Part shown: positions 40,946 through 50,902 of the stretch, piece after piece
How the letters are laid out: every line of letters begins with the position of its first letter
Position numbering within the stretch: position 1 is the stretch's first letter
Source: Candidatus Gastranaerophilales bacterium
GTDB lineage: Bacteria > Cyanobacteriota > Vampirovibrionia > Gastranaerophilales > Gastranaerophilaceae
Assembly (NCBI GenBank): GCA_947625305.1
Contig: CANQNW010000007.1
Location: 36,380-100,379 of the forward strand
Length of the DNA stretch: 64,000 nt
Reading direction: 5' to 3'
Notes under the pieces: generated by a model
The model's input: only the letters and a program-made list of their open reading frames with translations
Database searches by the model: none
What the model was told of the DNA's origin: nothing
Position numbers and translations under genes: made by a program

Positions 40946-42247
40946 ATGAAGAATAAAATAATAATGTTTTGGGCAATCGTAATTCTTACTATTATATCTG
41001 TTGTTATAATAAAGGTTAAACCGATACCGCTGGGACTTGATTTAGTGGGCGGTTCAAGAATTGTACTTGAGGCTCAAACGACCGAAACAATATCTAAAAT
41101 TACTCAGGATATGATGGACGGCTTAAAAACCGCTCTTGAAAGCAGAGTTAATGCTCTTGGAGTATCAGAAACAATGGTTCAGCAAATGGGTGAAAAAAGA
41201 TTGTTAATTGAAATTCCGAATGTTTCTGACCCTAAACTTGCAAGAGAATTCTTAGGCGAAACAGCTGAACTTGAATTTAAAAAGCCTATTCTCGATGATG
41301 AAGGAAATGTTCGAGGATGGGAACCTTCAGGACTGTCGGGCGATGACTTAAATAAAGCGGAGGTAAGCACCGATGCTGCGGGAAGATGGCTTATTGCCCT
41401 TGAATTTAACGGAAAAGGCGGCGCTAAATTCGCTAAATTAACCAGAGAATTTAAAGGTTTCCCTATCGCCATCTATTTTAACGGCGACAGTATCTCTGAA
41501 CCCGTCGTTCAACAGGAAATTACAGGCGGGCATGCTCAAATAACAGGTGAATTTACCCACGATGAGGCTAAAAAAGTTGTTGATTTATTAAATGCAGGTG
41601 CACTACCTGTTCCAGCTAAAATTATAGAAGAAAATACGGTCGGACCTACTTTAGGGGCTGACAGCCTTCATAAAAGTAAGATTGCAGGTCTAATTGGTAT
41701 CGCAGCCGTTATGCTGTTTATGCTTTTCTGGTACAGAGTACCGGGGTTAATTGCTAATATTGCTTTAATTATATATTCGTTAATCGTATTTGCTATATTT
41801 AAAATGGTTCCCGTTACATTAACTCTTGCGGGGATTGCAGGGTTTATATTAAGTATAGGTATGGCGGTTGATGCTAATATTCTTATTTTTGAAAGAACAA
41901 AGGAAGAATTAAAATCGGGCAGAACTTTATTTACCGCTATTAACTCAGGGTTTGACAGAGCCTTTACAAGTATTTTCGACTCAAATATGTCAACAATTAT
42001 AATATGCGCAATACTTTATTTCTTAGGCTCCAGTATCGTTAAAGGTTTTGCTTTAACTCTTGCCATAGGTGTTATGGTTAGTATGTTTTCGGCAATTACC
42101 GTTACAAAAAATCTTATGCATTTAATCTTTGGAACGGGACAATTAAAGTACCCCGCAATGTTTGGATTAAAAGCATCAGATATTAACAGTGCTTATGAAG
42201 CAGCTGAAACACAAAGAGAAAAAGCTAAATTCGGAGTTTTAGATTAA
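40946..42247 (+). CDS. secD: Protein translocase subunit SecD
   Basis: LGLDLVGGSRIVLEA, a periplasmic domain, then 5 C-terminal TM helices with the IGMAVDANILIFER motif. Confidence 0.9.
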   Translation: MKNKIIMFWAIVILTIISVVIIKVKPIPLGLDLVGGSRIVLEAQTTETISKITQDMMDGLKTALESRVNALGVSETMVQQMGEKRLLIEIPNVSDPKLAREFLGETAELEFKKPILDDEGNVRGWEPSGLSGDDLNKAEVSTDAAGRWLIALEFNGKGGAKFAKLTREFKGFPIAIYFNGDSISEPVVQQEITGGHAQITGEFTHDEAKKVVDLLNAGALPVPAKIIEENTVGPTLGADSLHKSKIAGLIGIAAVMLFMLFWYRVPGLIANIALIIYSLIVFAIFKMVPVTLTLAGIAGFILSIGMAVDANILIFERTKEELKSGRTLFTAINSGFDRAFTSIFDSNMSTIIICAILYFLGSSIVKGFALTLAIGVMVSMFSAITVTKNLMHLIFGTGQLKYPAMFGLKASDINSAYEAAETQREKAKFGVLD

Positions 42248-42264
42248 TTTAAGGAGATTATAAA

Positions 42265-43245
42265 ATGTCATACAGTGTTTTTGACACAAAAAGATTTATA
42301 GATGTTATTAAATTCAGATGGCTGTGGCTTGGAATTTCATTTGTATTCCTTCTGCCGGGTATAATTGCAATGATTTGGTCCTGCATAACATATTCTACAC
42401 ATACACCGCTTGTAGTGGGGATTGATTTTACAGGCGGAAGTATTATGCAATATTCCGTTAATAAGGATGTTTCAACAGCCGAAGTCGGTAAAATAAGAAT
42501 GGATTTAACAAATAACGGTATTGAAAACCCTGTTATACAAATTTTAAAACCTTCTTCAACTGATTCAGAATCTTCCATTAAAAATATAATCTCCGTTAAA
42601 ACAAAGTTTGAAGAAGAAAAACAAAATGAAATACTGGATAAGGTAACGGAAACTTTAAGAGCCGATTATCCTGAGGCTGAACTTGTTCAGGTTAATTCAG
42701 TCGGACCTTTGCTTGGGAAACAGTTATTTGTTAATTCTATGATAGCCGTTGCTCTTGCCCTGCTTGCAATCGTCATTTATTTGACTTTAAGATTTCATTT
42801 TGAATTTGCAGTTGTTGCATGTTTAGCATTAGCACACGATATTTTATTTGTAATTGGGGTTTTCTCAATATTAGGAATATATTGCGGAGTTACAATAGAT
42901 AGTTTATTTATAACAGCTATACTTACGGTATTAGGTTACAGTGTAAATAACACTATTGTTGTATTTGACCGTGTAAGAGAAAACTTAAAATTTTATTCTA
43001 AAAAAGCTACATATGATGAAATAGTAAATGCCTCGGTTAATCAAACACTTGCAAGAAGTATTAATACTTCTTTAACAACTTTATTAACATTGGGTGCATT
43101 ATATTTCTTAGGCGGTGTTACTACTAAAGATTTCGTTCTTGTTATGATATTAGGTGTTATAGCAGGTACTTATTCAAGTATATTCTTTGCAAATACCTTA
43201 ATAGCACTTTGGAACGAAATACAAACTAAAAAACGGACGGCATAA
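42265..43245 (+). CDS. secF: Protein translocase subunit SecF
   Basis: GIDFTGGS, YSVNNTIVVFDRVREN and 6 TM helices. Immediately downstream of secD. Confidence 0.9.
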   Translation: MSYSVFDTKRFIDVIKFRWLWLGISFVFLLPGIIAMIWSCITYSTHTPLVVGIDFTGGSIMQYSVNKDVSTAEVGKIRMDLTNNGIENPVIQILKPSSTDSESSIKNIISVKTKFEEEKQNEILDKVTETLRADYPEAELVQVNSVGPLLGKQLFVNSMIAVALALLAIVIYLTLRFHFEFAVVACLALAHDILFVIGVFSILGIYCGVTIDSLFITAILTVLGYSVNNTIVVFDRVRENLKFYSKKATYDEIVNASVNQTLARSINTSLTTLLTLGALYFLGGVTTKDFVLVMILGVIAGTYSSIFFANTLIALWNEIQTKKRTA

Positions 43246-43246
43246 T

Positions 43247-43666
43247 ATGCCTGAATTTGGTTCTTTAGCGGAATTTATACAAAATACCCGTGAAAAAATC
43301 GGATTATCTGTACAAGGTTTAGCGAAAAAAACAGCTCTTACCTTAGAAGAAATTGAAGATATAGAATCAGGCAAGGAATTATTTTTACCTGCGACTATCC
43401 GTCAGAAACTCGCTAAGGGATTAAAGCTTAATCCTGCTGACATTAAACAGTATGAAAGAATTATGCTTGTTTCTTATGACAAGGTAGACGATAAATATAT
43501 AAAAAGCATCAAGCAGGCTATTTTAGACGGGGAAACCGACAATTTAAGATGTCCGATTTGTTCAAGCAAATTAAATACAAGAATTGTAAGGCTTTTAGAC
43601 TTAGAGAATAATATTGCATTGCACCCTAAGGCGCAATGCAGTAAATGCTCGTTTCAAATTAAATAG
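43247..43666 (+). CDS. XRE-type HTH protein with C-terminal zinc ribbon
   Basis: HTH (REKIGLSVQGLAKKTALTLEEIEDIESGK) plus CPICS...CSKCS. The ATG lies 1 nt after the secF stop. Confidence 0.6.
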   Translation: MPEFGSLAEFIQNTREKIGLSVQGLAKKTALTLEEIEDIESGKELFLPATIRQKLAKGLKLNPADIKQYERIMLVSYDKVDDKYIKSIKQAILDGETDNLRCPICSSKLNTRIVRLLDLENNIALHPKAQCSKCSFQIK

Positions 43667-44279
43667 CGCTTGTTCTTACTGTTTCTTTTTGAACTTCTGC
43701 TACTCTTTTTGAATACAGTACAATTGAAATATTTATTAAAAGGTAATCTGTATTTCCCGTAAATGCAGTGACATTTAAATCAGAAATAGAAATTAAATAT
43801 TGAAAATTATTGTTTAAATCATTTAAAAATGTCATTAATTGCGAATATGTTCCGACAAAGAAGAATTTTAATTCGCAAACATTATAGTTGTTAGAAAAAT
43901 TAGCGTAAACAGGATTAGTTTGAGGCTTTGTATCATATTCAATAGATCTAATGGCGAGTCCGTTAGCTTGTGCTTTTTTAATTATCTCATCAAACATTGT
44001 TCCATATACACTAAGATTATCATTTTCTCCGTTTATATTAGATTCATAAATTTGTTTAATAGATTGAAGTTTAAGTTTTTGCTGTTCGCTTTCAGCTTTT
44101 TCTTTTTCATATCTTTCTTCAAGAGATTGGTTTTCTTTTAAAATGTTGTTTTTCTCTTGAGTTTTACTCTTGTAATCTTCCCATACGGGACTTACTATTT
44201 TGCAAAATATAGCAAAAAATAAAATTACTGAGCTTACTATTATTAATAACGGTATAAATTTTTGATATTTTTTATTCAT
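43659..44279 (-). CDS. Type IV pilus assembly protein PilO-like
   Basis: N-terminal TM, a coiled coil and a ferredoxin-like C-terminal region. It lies directly downstream of the PilM/N fusion. Assignment is by architecture and context only. Confidence 0.45.
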   Translation of the reverse strand: MNKKYQKFIPLLIIVSSVILFFAIFCKIVSPVWEDYKSKTQEKNNILKENQSLEERYEKEKAESEQQKLKLQSIKQIYESNINGENDNLSVYGTMFDEIIKKAQANGLAIRSIEYDTKPQTNPVYANFSNNYNVCELKFFFVGTYSQLMTFLNDLNNNFQYLISISDLNVTAFTGNTDYLLINISIVLYSKRVAEVQKETVRTSAI

Positions 44280-44298
44280 ATTTACCTCTGTATTTTTA

Positions 44299-45960
44299 CT
44301 ATATTACCGGCGGTGGCGGTAATTGATTATTAGAATTATTTATTGGATTATTGTTTTGTGCCGAACCATTACCCTGATTATTGTTTGTATTATTTTGGTT
44401 ATATTGTTGTGTAGTTAAATCTTCACTCAAATCAATATCATGACTTGATGTTTTTATTTCAAAAGTATAACCGTTCGGTATTTTCCCCGGAATCGCATCA
44501 TATTTTGTATTGACGGAAAGTTTTGAGAGAGTTAAGTCGCTGTTTTTTTCTTTTAATCCTTTTATAAAAGTATCAACGGATTCGCTTGATTTGGCTTCTC
44601 CTATTATTCCTATTCCGCCTTCAGGGGTTGTGATAAATTTTTTAATATATACATTGTCGGGTATATCCGTCGATAGAGCGTTAAATATTGTTATAATAGC
44701 CGTATTATTATCGATTAGCTGTTTTAATGTAGGGAATATGTCTTTATTTTCTGTTGATTCTTTTACTTTTGTTTTAAATGCATTAACTTTTAATTTAGCC
44801 TGAGTAGATTGATTATCTAACGACTCAATGCTGTTGTTTAATATCATATTAATTATGGCGGATAAAATTAATGCTGCAAGTATAGAAAACAGAACAATAA
44901 TAATTGCAAATCTTGACAGATTAACTTCGTAAAGTCCTATTTCTACGGTATTTTTAGAAATTCTTTCCGGTGGTAAAAAGTTTATATTTAAAGGATAATC
45001 ATCAAAATCAGCTGCAGCTGCACCAACTGCTTCAAGTGTAATATATGAAATCATATTTGCATCAATATCGGAATCTACTCCTGAAACTTCAACAAATTGT
45101 TCATTTGCATTTATACTTTTGTTAATAAAGTCAGTTTCCCCGCTAAATGCTAAATTCGCAGCTAAGGTTTCCGCATTAACTTCATCTGTTTCGCTTATTA
45201 CTAAAAGTGCTTGCGGTTTATTTTTTTCAATTGCATTCTGTCCTATTTTCGAAATAGTTGCATATACTTCTTCCGTTGAGAAGGATTTTACGGCTAACGG
45301 TTCTTCCATATAGTCCGTTAATACATTACCTACCATATAAAATGAACAGCAGCTGTTAGGAGTAACTAACAAAATTGTTGATTTTTCTTCTTTTTGAACA
45401 AAACGGTTAAATCTGTCAAAATACTGAATGGTTCTTAATAATGAAGAATAGGAAGTATCAATTCTTACAACGTCGCAATTCAGATTGTCAAATATTTCAA
45501 GTAATTTTGATATTACTTTTGCTTGTATTGCACTATATGCTATATTTTTTTGTTTTCTTCCCTGATTATCAAGACTTGTATATGAAATTATAGGTTCATT
45601 TCTTTTAAAAATATATAAATCTTCAATTTCCGATTGCAGATTGTCTATAATATAAGTAGTATCCGATTCGCTTTCCATTGCGGTGATACCAAAATGTACA
45701 TTCGGAAGATTTAGAGTAACTGCACATTCTGCAGGATTAAGCCCTGCTTCATCAAATAAACCTTCTAAAACTTCGGTAAATTCTTCATAATCTATAATTT
45801 CTCTAATTGCATTATTATACTTTATATTTCCTGATGCATATTTACTTATAGTTTTTGTGCTTTTATCAACACACACAAGTTCTATAAAGTTATTAGAGGA
45901 TAATGAAATCCCCACGTGTGTTCTTTTTTTAAATCCCAACTTTTCTAACAAATCACTCAT
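44299..45960 (-). CDS. Type IV pilus assembly PilM-PilN fusion protein
   Basis: An actin-like N-terminal region of about 330 aa (GISLSSNNFIELVCVD) is followed by one TM (FAIIIVLFSILAALILSAII) and a PilN-like periplasmic region. The tail is Q/N-rich and ends in PPPPVI. Confidence 0.55.
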   Translation of the reverse strand: MSDLLEKLGFKKRTHVGISLSSNNFIELVCVDKSTKTISKYASGNIKYNNAIREIIDYEEFTEVLEGLFDEAGLNPAECAVTLNLPNVHFGITAMESESDTTYIIDNLQSEIEDLYIFKRNEPIISYTSLDNQGRKQKNIAYSAIQAKVISKLLEIFDNLNCDVVRIDTSYSSLLRTIQYFDRFNRFVQKEEKSTILLVTPNSCCSFYMVGNVLTDYMEEPLAVKSFSTEEVYATISKIGQNAIEKNKPQALLVISETDEVNAETLAANLAFSGETDFINKSINANEQFVEVSGVDSDIDANMISYITLEAVGAAAADFDDYPLNINFLPPERISKNTVEIGLYEVNLSRFAIIIVLFSILAALILSAIINMILNNSIESLDNQSTQAKLKVNAFKTKVKESTENKDIFPTLKQLIDNNTAIITIFNALSTDIPDNVYIKKFITTPEGGIGIIGEAKSSESVDTFIKGLKEKNSDLTLSKLSVNTKYDAIPGKIPNGYTFEIKTSSHDIDLSEDLTTQQYNQNNTNNNQGNGSAQNNNPINNSNNQLPPPPVI

Positions 45961-46102
45961 AATTAACCTATTTTCACCTTGTAATATAACTATAATATTT
46001 TAATATTGTTTTTTTGGCAACAAATTTATTATTTATTTTTATATAATTAACTACTTCATTTAATGTATAATAAAATCAGTTTATGCAGGAAATGGCGGAT
46101 AT

Positions 46103-46855
46103 ATGGAAAATTATGTATTTGGAAGAAATAATGTTATTGAACTTTTAAAAGAAGGTTCAAGAAATGTTACTAAAATTATCTTAATGAAAGGGCAGCATTC
46201 AAATCCTAAAATTAATCAAATAATAGAACTTGCAAAATCCCGTTCAATTGTATTTCAATTTCAGCCGAAGGAAAAATTTAATCAATTTGCGCTTGAGGCT
46301 CATCAAGGTGTTGTTGCTTATGTTTCTCCCGTTAATTATGTAGATTTGGAAGAATTCTTAGAAAAACCTAAAGACGGGTTTAAGAAAGTTGTTATTTTAG
46401 ATGGAATTGAAGACCCGCATAATTTTGGATCTATAATCAGAACGGCTGTTTGTGCGGGTTTTGACGGGATTATTTTCCCCGCAAGAAGAAATGCCGTTAT
46501 TAATTCTACGGTTGAAAAATCATCGGCAGGAGCTGTTAATCATATAGATTTAATTATGGTTAATAGTCTTTCTTCCGCAATAAATAGACTAAAGGATAGC
46601 GACTTTTGGATAATTGCAACCGATATTCATGCTAAAGATAATTACTATGATATTAATTATTGTGATATGAATTTTGCAATAATTATGGGCTCCGAAAATA
46701 CAGGTGTTTCATCTGCAATATTAAAAAATTCGGATTTTAAAGTTAAAATTCCGATGTTAAAAGATTTTAATTCTTTAAATGTTGCAAATGCCGCAGCTAT
46801 TGTTATTTATGAATCCGTTAAACAAACAATACAAAACTCGGGGATTAGTGTATAA
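46103..46855 (+). CDS. rlmB: SpoU/TrmH-family 23S rRNA 2'-O-methyltransferase (RlmB-like)
   Basis: N-terminal substrate-binding domain (GRNNVIELLKEG) plus SpoU motifs (LDGIEDPHNFGSIIRTA, MGSENTGVS, SLNVANAAAIVIYE). Confidence 0.85.
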   Translation: MENYVFGRNNVIELLKEGSRNVTKIILMKGQHSNPKINQIIELAKSRSIVFQFQPKEKFNQFALEAHQGVVAYVSPVNYVDLEEFLEKPKDGFKKVVILDGIEDPHNFGSIIRTAVCAGFDGIIFPARRNAVINSTVEKSSAGAVNHIDLIMVNSLSSAINRLKDSDFWIIATDIHAKDNYYDINYCDMNFAIIMGSENTGVSSAILKNSDFKVKIPMLKDFNSLNVANAAAIVIYESVKQTIQNSGISV

Positions 46856-46875
46856 TATTTTTTATTGGAGGCTGA

Positions 46876-47856
46876 ATGTCTGATAATCGGGATAAATTTT
46901 CTTTAAATGAAGAAGATATACAGGATAATGATTTTGATTTAAATCTTGATGATGAAGATATATTAACGGCTGTTGAAGAACCAAAACTGCCCGAAACTCA
47001 AAATAGTGCAATCGCTGATGATTCCGTTAAAATTTATCTTCAGCAGATAGGGAAAATTAAACTTTTAAACCCCGAGCAGGAACTTGAAATAGCTAAGGAA
47101 ATTAAAGAAAAAAATTCCGAGAATGCTAAGAAAATTCTTGTAAATGCTAACTTAAGGCTTGTTGTAAGTATTGCTAAAAAATATATAGGCAGAGGTTTAT
47201 CTTTCCTTGATTTAATTCAGGAGGGTAATATGGGTTTGATGCGGGCTGCAGAAAAATTTGATTATTCTAAAGGATATAAATTCTCAACATATGCTACTTG
47301 GTGGATTCAGCAGGCTATAACAAGAGCAATTGCTGATAAATCGCGGCTAATCAGGCTTCCCGTTCATATGATTGAAACATTAAGTAAAATTAAGAAAATA
47401 TCCATGGATTTAACAATTGAAAACGGTACAGCCCCTACTAAAGAAGAAATTGCATACAAAATCGGCATGCCTGTTTCTAAACTTACTGCTTTAATTGAAT
47501 CGGCTCAAGGTACTATAAGTATGGAATCACCTGCTAATCAAAAGGATGAAAATACTAAGTTATCCGATTTCATTGTTGATGAATCTACCTTATCTCCTGA
47601 TTCTAAAGTAACACAGGATAATTTATTCTGCGACATAAAGAAAATGCTTAATCATTTAAGCGAAAAAGAACGAAATGTACTTATTATGCGCTATGGTCTT
47701 GATGATAACGGAGAAAAGAAAACCCTTGAGGAAATCGGCAGTTATTACGGGGTTTCCCGTGAAAGAATCAGGCAGATTGAGAATAGAGCCATGAGCAAGC
47801 TTAAAAAATTGTGCCGTAATAACAATATAAATAAAAATTTAAAAAATTATATTTAA
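46876..47856 (+). CDS. rpoD: Primary-type (group 1/2) sigma-70 factor
   Basis: Region 1.2 ([14 protein letters not shown]), region 2 ([43 protein letters not shown]), region 3, and region 4.2 ([23 protein letters not shown]). Short acidic N-terminus. Confidence 0.9.
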   Translation: MSDNRDKFSLNEEDIQDNDFDLNLDDEDILTAVEEPKLPETQNSAIADDSVKIYLQQIGKIKLLNPEQELEIAKEIKEKNSENAKKILVNANLRLVVSIAKKYIGRGLSFLDLIQEGNMGLMRAAEKFDYSKGYKFSTYATWWIQQAITRAIADKSRLIRLPVHMIETLSKIKKISMDLTIENGTAPTKEEIAYKIGMPVSKLTALIESAQGTISMESPANQKDENTKLSDFIVDESTLSPDSKVTQDNLFCDIKKMLNHLSEKERNVLIMRYGLDDNGEKKTLEEIGSYYGVSRERIRQIENRAMSKLKKLCRNNNINKNLKNYI

Positions 47857-47902
47857 TTTTAAATATGTGCTATAATTTTTCCGTAGATATGGAGATTACA
47901 GT

Positions 47903-48295
47903 TTGAAAGAAGTTTCTTCCGATAAATTTGCCAGTGTTATAGCACGCATTCTTGATGACAAACAGGGTAAAGATATTAAAATACTTAATATATCCAATAT
48001 TTCGGTATTGGCTGATTACTTTGTTATCTGTTCATCGGATTCTCCCACTCATGTTAAAGCTTTAACAGGCAGTGTTCGTGAAAAAGTTAAAGAATTTTTT
48101 GAAAGAATTCCTATCGGTGAAGAAAATGATGCTAAAAATCGTTGGAATTTACTTGATTACGGTGATGTCATTGTTCATATCCTTCATAGAGAAGAAAGAG
48201 AAACTTATGCGCTTGAAAGATTTTGGAATCATGCTTTCTGTATGGAAGAAACAGAGTGGAAACAAAAATCTCAAGAATATTCTGATTATAAATAA
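47903..48295 (+). CDS. rsfS: Ribosomal silencing factor RsfS
   Basis: VLADYFVICSSDSPTHVKAL and WNLLDYGDVIVHILHREERETYALERFW. TTG start. Confidence 0.85.
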   Translation: MKEVSSDKFASVIARILDDKQGKDIKILNISNISVLADYFVICSSDSPTHVKALTGSVREKVKEFFERIPIGEENDAKNRWNLLDYGDVIVHILHREERETYALERFWNHAFCMEETEWKQKSQEYSDYK

Positions 48296-48306
48296 AGGAG
48301 TTATAT

Positions 48307-48717
48307 ATGAAGAAATTTAATTTAATTTTAACTTTATTACTTTTATTAAGTTCAATAAATCTTTGTTTTGCCGTAGATTTAGAAAAAATTACCAATTTAA
48401 CACCGGAGCAGAAAACAAAATTGGCAGAAATAAAGACTAATTATACAAAAGAGTATAATGAAAATGAAACTAAAATTATGGACTATACAAATAAATTAAA
48501 TCAAATTAAAGCAGATAAAGAAAAAACACCCGAACAAATTTCTCTTTTATCAAGTGCTTATGAAAGAAATTTAACTGCAATTAAATCAAGACAACAACAA
48601 TTGAAAAATGATACTGATGCTCTTTATAAATCAGTTCTAACGGAGGAACAATATAAACAGCTGCAAATTCAAGAGCTTCAAGTTGAAAATGCGTTTACTG
48701 AATTTTTAAAGAAATAG
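48307..48717 (+). CDS. Periplasmic LTXXQ-motif protein (Spy/CpxP-like)
   Basis: Signal peptide, helical and coiled. Two LTXXQ motifs (LTPEQ, LTEEQ). Confidence 0.6.
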   Translation: MKKFNLILTLLLLLSSINLCFAVDLEKITNLTPEQKTKLAEIKTNYTKEYNENETKIMDYTNKLNQIKADKEKTPEQISLLSSAYERNLTAIKSRQQQLKNDTDALYKSVLTEEQYKQLQIQELQVENAFTEFLKK

Positions 48718-48728
48718 GCGGTGGATAA

Positions 48729-49229
48729 ATGATAAAAAAATTAGTTGCTGTTTTATCTTTTATTATAATGTTTTTGGTTTGTACGACAATTAATGCTCAG
48801 GCTTTTACTACCGATAAGTATGATATACAGGAAACTGTCAATAAACTTAATGAATTGGTAAATTTTGACTGTATATCACTTATTAACAGAAATGAACTTA
48901 TAGGCTATAGGCTTAGTAATTTTGAAATGTATACGGGTGAGTATAAGAGAAATATTATTGCTGCTCGTGATAATATAATTCAAGGTTTAAATAAGGTTGA
49001 TTTAATCGAAAATTCAACTGATTTTTCCGATTCCGAAAAAGAAATGCAATTAAGGCAGATTTATAATAATACGGATTATGCAATATCTGATGTAAATTCT
49101 AAAACAATAAGTTATCTTATGTCGTTATCAAAGTGTATGCCTACTCTTACTTATCAAAGATTTTTGCATAAATTTCAGGATTATTACAATGATTTAAATA
49201 TTACCGATAGTAAATTATTACAAAAATAA
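48729..49229 (+). CDS. Secreted hypothetical protein
   Basis: Signal peptide with probable cleavage after INAQA. 166 aa with no recognisable motif. Tightly packed in the operon. Confidence 0.5.
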   Translation: MIKKLVAVLSFIIMFLVCTTINAQAFTTDKYDIQETVNKLNELVNFDCISLINRNELIGYRLSNFEMYTGEYKRNIIAARDNIIQGLNKVDLIENSTDFSDSEKEMQLRQIYNNTDYAISDVNSKTISYLMSLSKCMPTLTYQRFLHKFQDYYNDLNITDSKLLQK

Positions 49230-49292
49230 AAATGAACTTTTATATTGATTCCTCGTTTTATAGAATGTCCCAAGAATATGAAAGAGGATTAA

Positions 49293-49649
49293 ATGGACGA
49301 CAGAAAAAAATGTAATAAATACGAGGCTTTGTTTATTTTTAACGGTGAAGATGCGCTTAATGACCACATAAAAGAGTGTCCTGACTGTAAGAAGGAGCAT
49401 GATAAATACATGAAAATATCGGCTCTTTTAAAAGAAGCAGCACCGTTATATTTAAAAAAACAAAAAGAAAAAAAAGTATCCTCACTAAAAAAAATAGCCT
49501 GCTGTATGCTTTTAATTTTTGGTTTTTCGGGTGCTTTCTTTGGTTATAATATGTACAATAATAATTTGTATCAAAATGCTTGGAATGATGAATCATATAT
49601 AAGTTCAATAGGACTTCCTACTGATGATTACGGATTTCTGGACTTTTAA
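49293..49649 (+). CDS. Anti-sigma factor (zf-HC2 type, single TM)
   Basis: C-x17-H-x3-C-x2-C (CNKYEALFIFNGEDALNDHIKECPDC), a TM helix (IACCMLLIFGFSGAFFGY) and a roughly 40-aa external tail. AGAGGA RBS. Confidence 0.6.
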   Translation: MDDRKKCNKYEALFIFNGEDALNDHIKECPDCKKEHDKYMKISALLKEAAPLYLKKQKEKKVSSLKKIACCMLLIFGFSGAFFGYNMYNNNLYQNAWNDESYISSIGLPTDDYGFLDF

Positions 49650-49665
49650 GCGAGGGAAAAATTTT

Positions 49666-50157
49666 TTGAAATCTTTAATAAATCAATATAAAAATAATAT
49701 AAGAAAAATTATATCCAATATGACAGGTTCTTATAATGAAGATATTGAACAGGAAGTTTATATTAAAACCTGGAAAAATATGAATAAATATAAAGAACAA
49801 GGCAGATTTAAAAGCTGGATTAATACCATAACAGCTAATTTATGCCGTGATTATATGAAATCTTCATATTTTAGGAATAATCAAAATTTTGTGACTGATG
49901 AAGAAACTTTAATAAAATTGCAGGATGAAAATACAAATATAGAAAATGAAATTATAAAAAAACAAAGACAAAAAACGGTTGTAGAGGCTGTAGAAAAATT
50001 AAAACCCAAATTTCGTGAAGTAATTGTAATGTATGAAATGATGAATATGAATTATGAGCAAATCGCAGAAAAATTAAATTGTCCAGTTGGGACTGTACGT
50101 TCAAGATTATTTAATGCAAGAAAAGAACTTAGTATAACTTTAAAAGATTTAATTTGA
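49666..50157 (+). CDS. ECF (group 4) sigma factor
   Basis: Region 2 (DIEQEVYIKTWKNMNKY, FKSWINTITANLCRDY) and region 4 (MNYEQIAEKLNCPVGTVRSRLFNARKEL). The TTG at 49666, after a GAGGGA RBS, is preferred over 49624, which would overlap the anti-sigma gene. Confidence 0.8.
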   Translation: MKSLINQYKNNIRKIISNMTGSYNEDIEQEVYIKTWKNMNKYKEQGRFKSWINTITANLCRDYMKSSYFRNNQNFVTDEETLIKLQDENTNIENEIIKKQRQKTVVEAVEKLKPKFREVIVMYEMMNMNYEQIAEKLNCPVGTVRSRLFNARKELSITLKDLI

Positions 50158-50168
50158 AAGGAGATAGT

Positions 50169-50861
50169 ATGAAAAAATTATTTATTTCTTTAATGTTAGT
50201 TTCTGCAGTAATGGGTATAAAGGCCGTAATGGCAGATGAAGGTAAAGCACCTGTTGCAAGTGATAAAGCAATTCATAAACCCATGGCACATCATTATATA
50301 GGTGAAGTCCCGCCTGCTGCAAGGTATTTTGGCCCCGGCCCTCAAGTTGATAAAAAACATCCGATTAAGATGAATACCCCAAGATACTTTGATAAAGCTG
50401 CGATGGAGGCTAAAAAAGCCGAAATTGATAAAAGGCTTAAACTGACTGATGAACAAAAAAAACAAATTGAAGAAAATAAAATTAAAGACCGTGAACAGCT
50501 TAAACCTCTTATGGAACAAATAAAAGTTAAAAAACAAGAAATAAGAGATGTTATTGAATCAACAAAACTTTCTGATGAAGAAAAATCTAAAAAAACTGCT
50601 GAACTCTTAAAAGAACTTGATGCTTTAAAAACTCAGGCTAATACTTTAAGAAAAGAAAATATGAAAAATTTTGAATCAATCTTAACGGAAAAGCAGAAGA
50701 AAGAGTTTGAAAAAATCAAGAAAGAACAAAAAAAAGACATAGAAAAAAGAAAGAAAGATTTTGAAAAACGTCATAAAAATATTGACAAAACAAGAAAAGA
50801 TATTAAAAGACCGCCTGTAGGTTTACCTGTTGAACCAAAACCTCAACCTGTTGAAAAATAA
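50169..50861 (+). CDS. Periplasmic LTXXQ-motif protein (Spy/CpxP-like), K/E-rich with Pro-rich tail
   Basis: The ATG at 50169 follows an AAGGAG RBS. Signal peptide present, with LTDEQ and LTEKQ motifs. Confidence 0.6.
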   Translation: MKKLFISLMLVSAVMGIKAVMADEGKAPVASDKAIHKPMAHHYIGEVPPAARYFGPGPQVDKKHPIKMNTPRYFDKAAMEAKKAEIDKRLKLTDEQKKQIEENKIKDREQLKPLMEQIKVKKQEIRDVIESTKLSDEEKSKKTAELLKELDALKTQANTLRKENMKNFESILTEKQKKEFEKIKKEQKKDIEKRKKDFEKRHKNIDKTRKDIKRPPVGLPVEPKPQPVEK

Positions 50862-50873
50862 CGCACAAATAAT

Positions 50874-50902
50874 AAAAGAGGAGTTTTAAAACTCCTCTTT
50901 TT
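50874..50902. terminator. Bidirectional intrinsic terminator shared by the ECF operon and the TamB-like gene
   Basis: AAAGAGGAGTT - loop - AACTCCTCTTT with flanking A/T runs. It overlaps the stop codon of the minus-strand gene. Confidence 0.75.
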
